Under the pieces are notes generated by a model. That model searched no databases and was not told the DNA's origin. It saw only the letters and a list, made by a program, of their open reading frames with translations. From a virus (taxonomy: Duplodnaviria > Caudoviricetes), in the IMG/VR virus record IMGVR_UViG_3300021255_000152, positions 1-64,000 of that record: 64,000 nucleotides of DNA; one strand, written 5' to 3'. Below are positions 61,338 through 64,000 of the stretch, piece after piece. A program made the position numbers and the translations under genes. Every line of letters begins with the position of its first letter. The first letter of the stretch is position 1.

Positions 61338-64000
61338 ATGGCAGATACTAATGTTTTAATAAAATTAAAATATGGTGCGATATCTACTTTAGCGCAAAGA
61401 GAAGAACTAACAAATAATCCTCTTATTGCGCTAGATAGAGGTACTGTATATTTTGCTGTCGATACTACCAATCGTAAAGGTAAGATAGTTTTTGATGCTC
61501 CTGTTGGTGCTAGTGGTACAGAAAGAATCGTAATGAGTACCGATGCTGAATACGCAGAAAGGGCTGGTTATGCAACCAACGCAGGAAATGCATCAACCGC
61601 CGATTTAGCGAATGAACTTGTTGGCGCAAATATTGATGGTATATTCTTTAACGGTGCAAATGCTATTACACATTATTCTTCTTGTGCTACAGCTGGAAAT
61701 GTTGCAGAGAAAGTTGTTAGTTGCGGGAATTATAGACTAACAACAGGCTCTAGAATTGCTGTTAAATTTGGATTTGAAAATAGCGCCAACAACATGTCGT
61801 TAAATGTTAATAACACAGGAGCAAAACCTGTTTATTATAATGGCGCGCAAATTGAAGCAAATAAAATATTGGCTAATAAAGTCTATGATTTTATATATGA
61901 TGGAAATGTATATAATTTAGTAGGAGATTTAGATACTAATACTACCTATCCTGTTGCGGAGACAGGTGTTACTGGATTATTATCTGGAGATCTTTATACT
62001 AAATTACAAGGTATAGACTTTGACGCCACTTATCTTACACTACAAGGAACTTCTCCTATTTCAGTAAGTGATTCAGTAGGAGATGTTACAATTAGCCATG
62101 ATGATACTGATGTAAATGCAGGTAATTATGGAGATACTGAAGCGCAAACACCGGGATTCGGAGACACTTTTAAAGTTCCTAGTTACACAGTAAATAGTAT
62201 GGGTCACTTAACTCAAAGTGGAGAACATACTGTTACAATTCCAAATGATTTAGTTTCTATTTATACTCCTGGTTTATTTGGATCTACAGATTATAATAAT
62301 TTCTTGGACGGTATTACCATTGCTGGACATAATTTACAGTTAGGTAGTGTTGAATGGACTGCAGCTGAAGTTAGACAAGCATTGGGACTCTCTAATGCCC
62401 TTCATTTTATTGGTAAAGCTACTGCGACTATTTCAGATGGTAGTACCACTGATCCAGGTATCACTGGATATACTACAAAACAAGCTGGTGATGTAGTTAT
62501 AGATGCAGATACCTCATATGAATTTGTATGAACAAATGAAGGCAAGTGGGAAAGATTAGGCCCAGATGGAAGTTATTCTTTATCCACTCATGGTCATGGT
62601 AATATCACCAATGAAGGTGGCTTGCTTGGTGGAATTATTGGTTCTTCTGTTGTTATAGATTCAAATGGTTTAATTAATTATAGAGATTTAACCGTTCTTG
62701 ATCCAGACCCAGATGGAACTAATTCTATTACATTTATTGCGCAAATTGAACAAAACGCAGATGGACAGATCGTTCCTATTAAAAAGATTGTTCGAGATGC
62801 ATCTACTTTAGTAAGTGGCGTTGTTAATACAACTGCACAGAGTTTCGCAGGACATAAAACATTTGCTACTAATTTATCTGTTATTAATGATGCTAGTAAT
62901 GAATCTACAACAGATTCCTTGGTATATTTCCAAGTTCATAATTCAAATGATTGAGGTTTAACTATCTCCAAAGGCGGAAATAATAAAGGCTTACTCATTG
63001 ATGGTGTAGGTAGTAAATTATTACAGGTCGGCACGGATGAATTACTTGTTGTTAATTCTTCTGGTCTTACTGTTGGTACCGCTACTAAGAATGTTAATTC
63101 TACATTTGCAGGTGATATAAATCCAGTAGCTGATCAAGCCTTTAGTTTAGGCTCTTCTGGATTAAGATGAACCAACTTATATGTAGGTACTAGTGATACC
63201 TATGGTTCTGCAACCAAACCTATTTACTGAAAAGATGGTGTCCCAACAGCAACTTCTTATTCACTCGCCGCAACCGTAAATGCTGGCGTAGTAAATAGAC
63301 TTGCTTTCTATAAATCTTCAAGGTCAGTCGATGATGCTGTTGGTGCAAATTTTGAAACTACTCAAAATTCAAAAAGTAAAGAAGTTCGTGCTTTACATCT
63401 TTGAGGAACAACTGTCGGTAATACAGCAGCCGATTTAATTAGTGGAACTGCTGGTATTATTAGAATGGGCGATGGCGGTCCGCAAATTACTTTTAGTGCC
63501 TCTGAATCTGGCACACAAAATGGCGCACTTATTTTTACAGACAACGATAATGCGGGAAGTGGCGTAAGCTGGCATTTTGTCACTACAGAAGGTGATGATG
63601 ACTTTGGTGGAAACGCTACTGTTACTGCGCCAAGATTTAGAGCAAGAAAAAATTTAACCGTTGGTACAAATAATGAACAGACAGCTTATAGTCTTTATGT
63701 AGAAAATGAATCTTATCTTCATGGAGATTTAACAGTTGATGGTAGTCAAACTATTACTGGAACTTTTGAATCTACCAATGAAACCAATTCTACATCACGC
63801 ACTACTGGTTCTGCTATCTTTGCAGGCGGTGTAGGCGTTGCAAAAGAATTATGGGCTGGTGGAATTGGTGTTAGCACTAATTCAATGGTAATTAATAAAG
63901 GTAAGGTATATTCAAACCTTACTGGCACAAATGTAGCTCCGCCTATTAAAACAACTTCTTTATATGCTGATGGTATTGCTATAATTAGTCCTTCAGTTAG
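61338..64000 (+). CDS. Tail fibre / receptor-binding protein (3'-truncated by the window edge); at least 5 TGA=Trp
   Basis: AAGGAG RBS; frame open to the window end; fibre motifs C.TA..VAEKVV, LGSSGLRWTNLY, YGSATKPIYWKDGVP, STSRTTGSAIFAGGVGVAK. Confidence 0.8.

Noticed and set aside
1218-64000. Mass pseudogenisation (decayed prophage) or sequencing error
   Set aside because: The interruptions I traced are exclusively TGA, with no frameshifts or internal TAA/TAG, and they fall at Trp-type positions.
1218-64000. TGA read as Gly (table 25) or as selenocysteine
   Set aside because: Contexts match aromatic Trp motifs, not Gly or catalytic Cys, and dozens of TGAs in structural genes are incompatible with SECIS-dependent insertion.
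1-64000. Suppressor tRNA, release factor, diversity-generating retroelement, intron or intein
   Set aside because: No cloverleaf, reverse transcriptase, template/variable repeat pair or splice motif was recognised by eye, and intergenic gaps are short. tRNAscan-SE and a self dot plot would be needed to exclude them formally.

Overview
AT-rich window from a large tailed dsDNA phage (Caudoviricetes). Strong AGGAGG ribosome-binding sites and sigma-A-type promoters suggest a Bacillota host. Positions 1-1109 are the end of a leftward transcription unit containing folD. From 1218 to the window end runs a co-oriented late module: putative regulator, TerS, TerL, portal, protease/scaffold, capsid, neck, major tail, a ~2720-aa tape measure, baseplate proteins and several large fibre/receptor-binding proteins. 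The fragmented ORF track is an artefact of the wrong translation table. The phage reads TGA as Trp (code 4): fragments join in frame across TGA, the TGAs fall at motif tryptophans, and every complete gene I traced ends in TAA or TAG. TGA use is very uneven, absent from capsid and major tail genes but dense in the tape measure and baseplate genes. Further findings are a recurring non-sigma70 motif (GGNCR-N10-A-N17-TYA) that is a candidate late promoter, terminator hairpins placed directly in front of genes, and an HTH/Zn-finger gene whose predicted DNA-binding half lies behind TGA codons. Together these suggest a late-gene switch gated by recoding; that model is inference. No tRNA, release factor, CRISPR array or mobile element was recognised. 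All functional labels come from motif reading and synteny, not from database searches.
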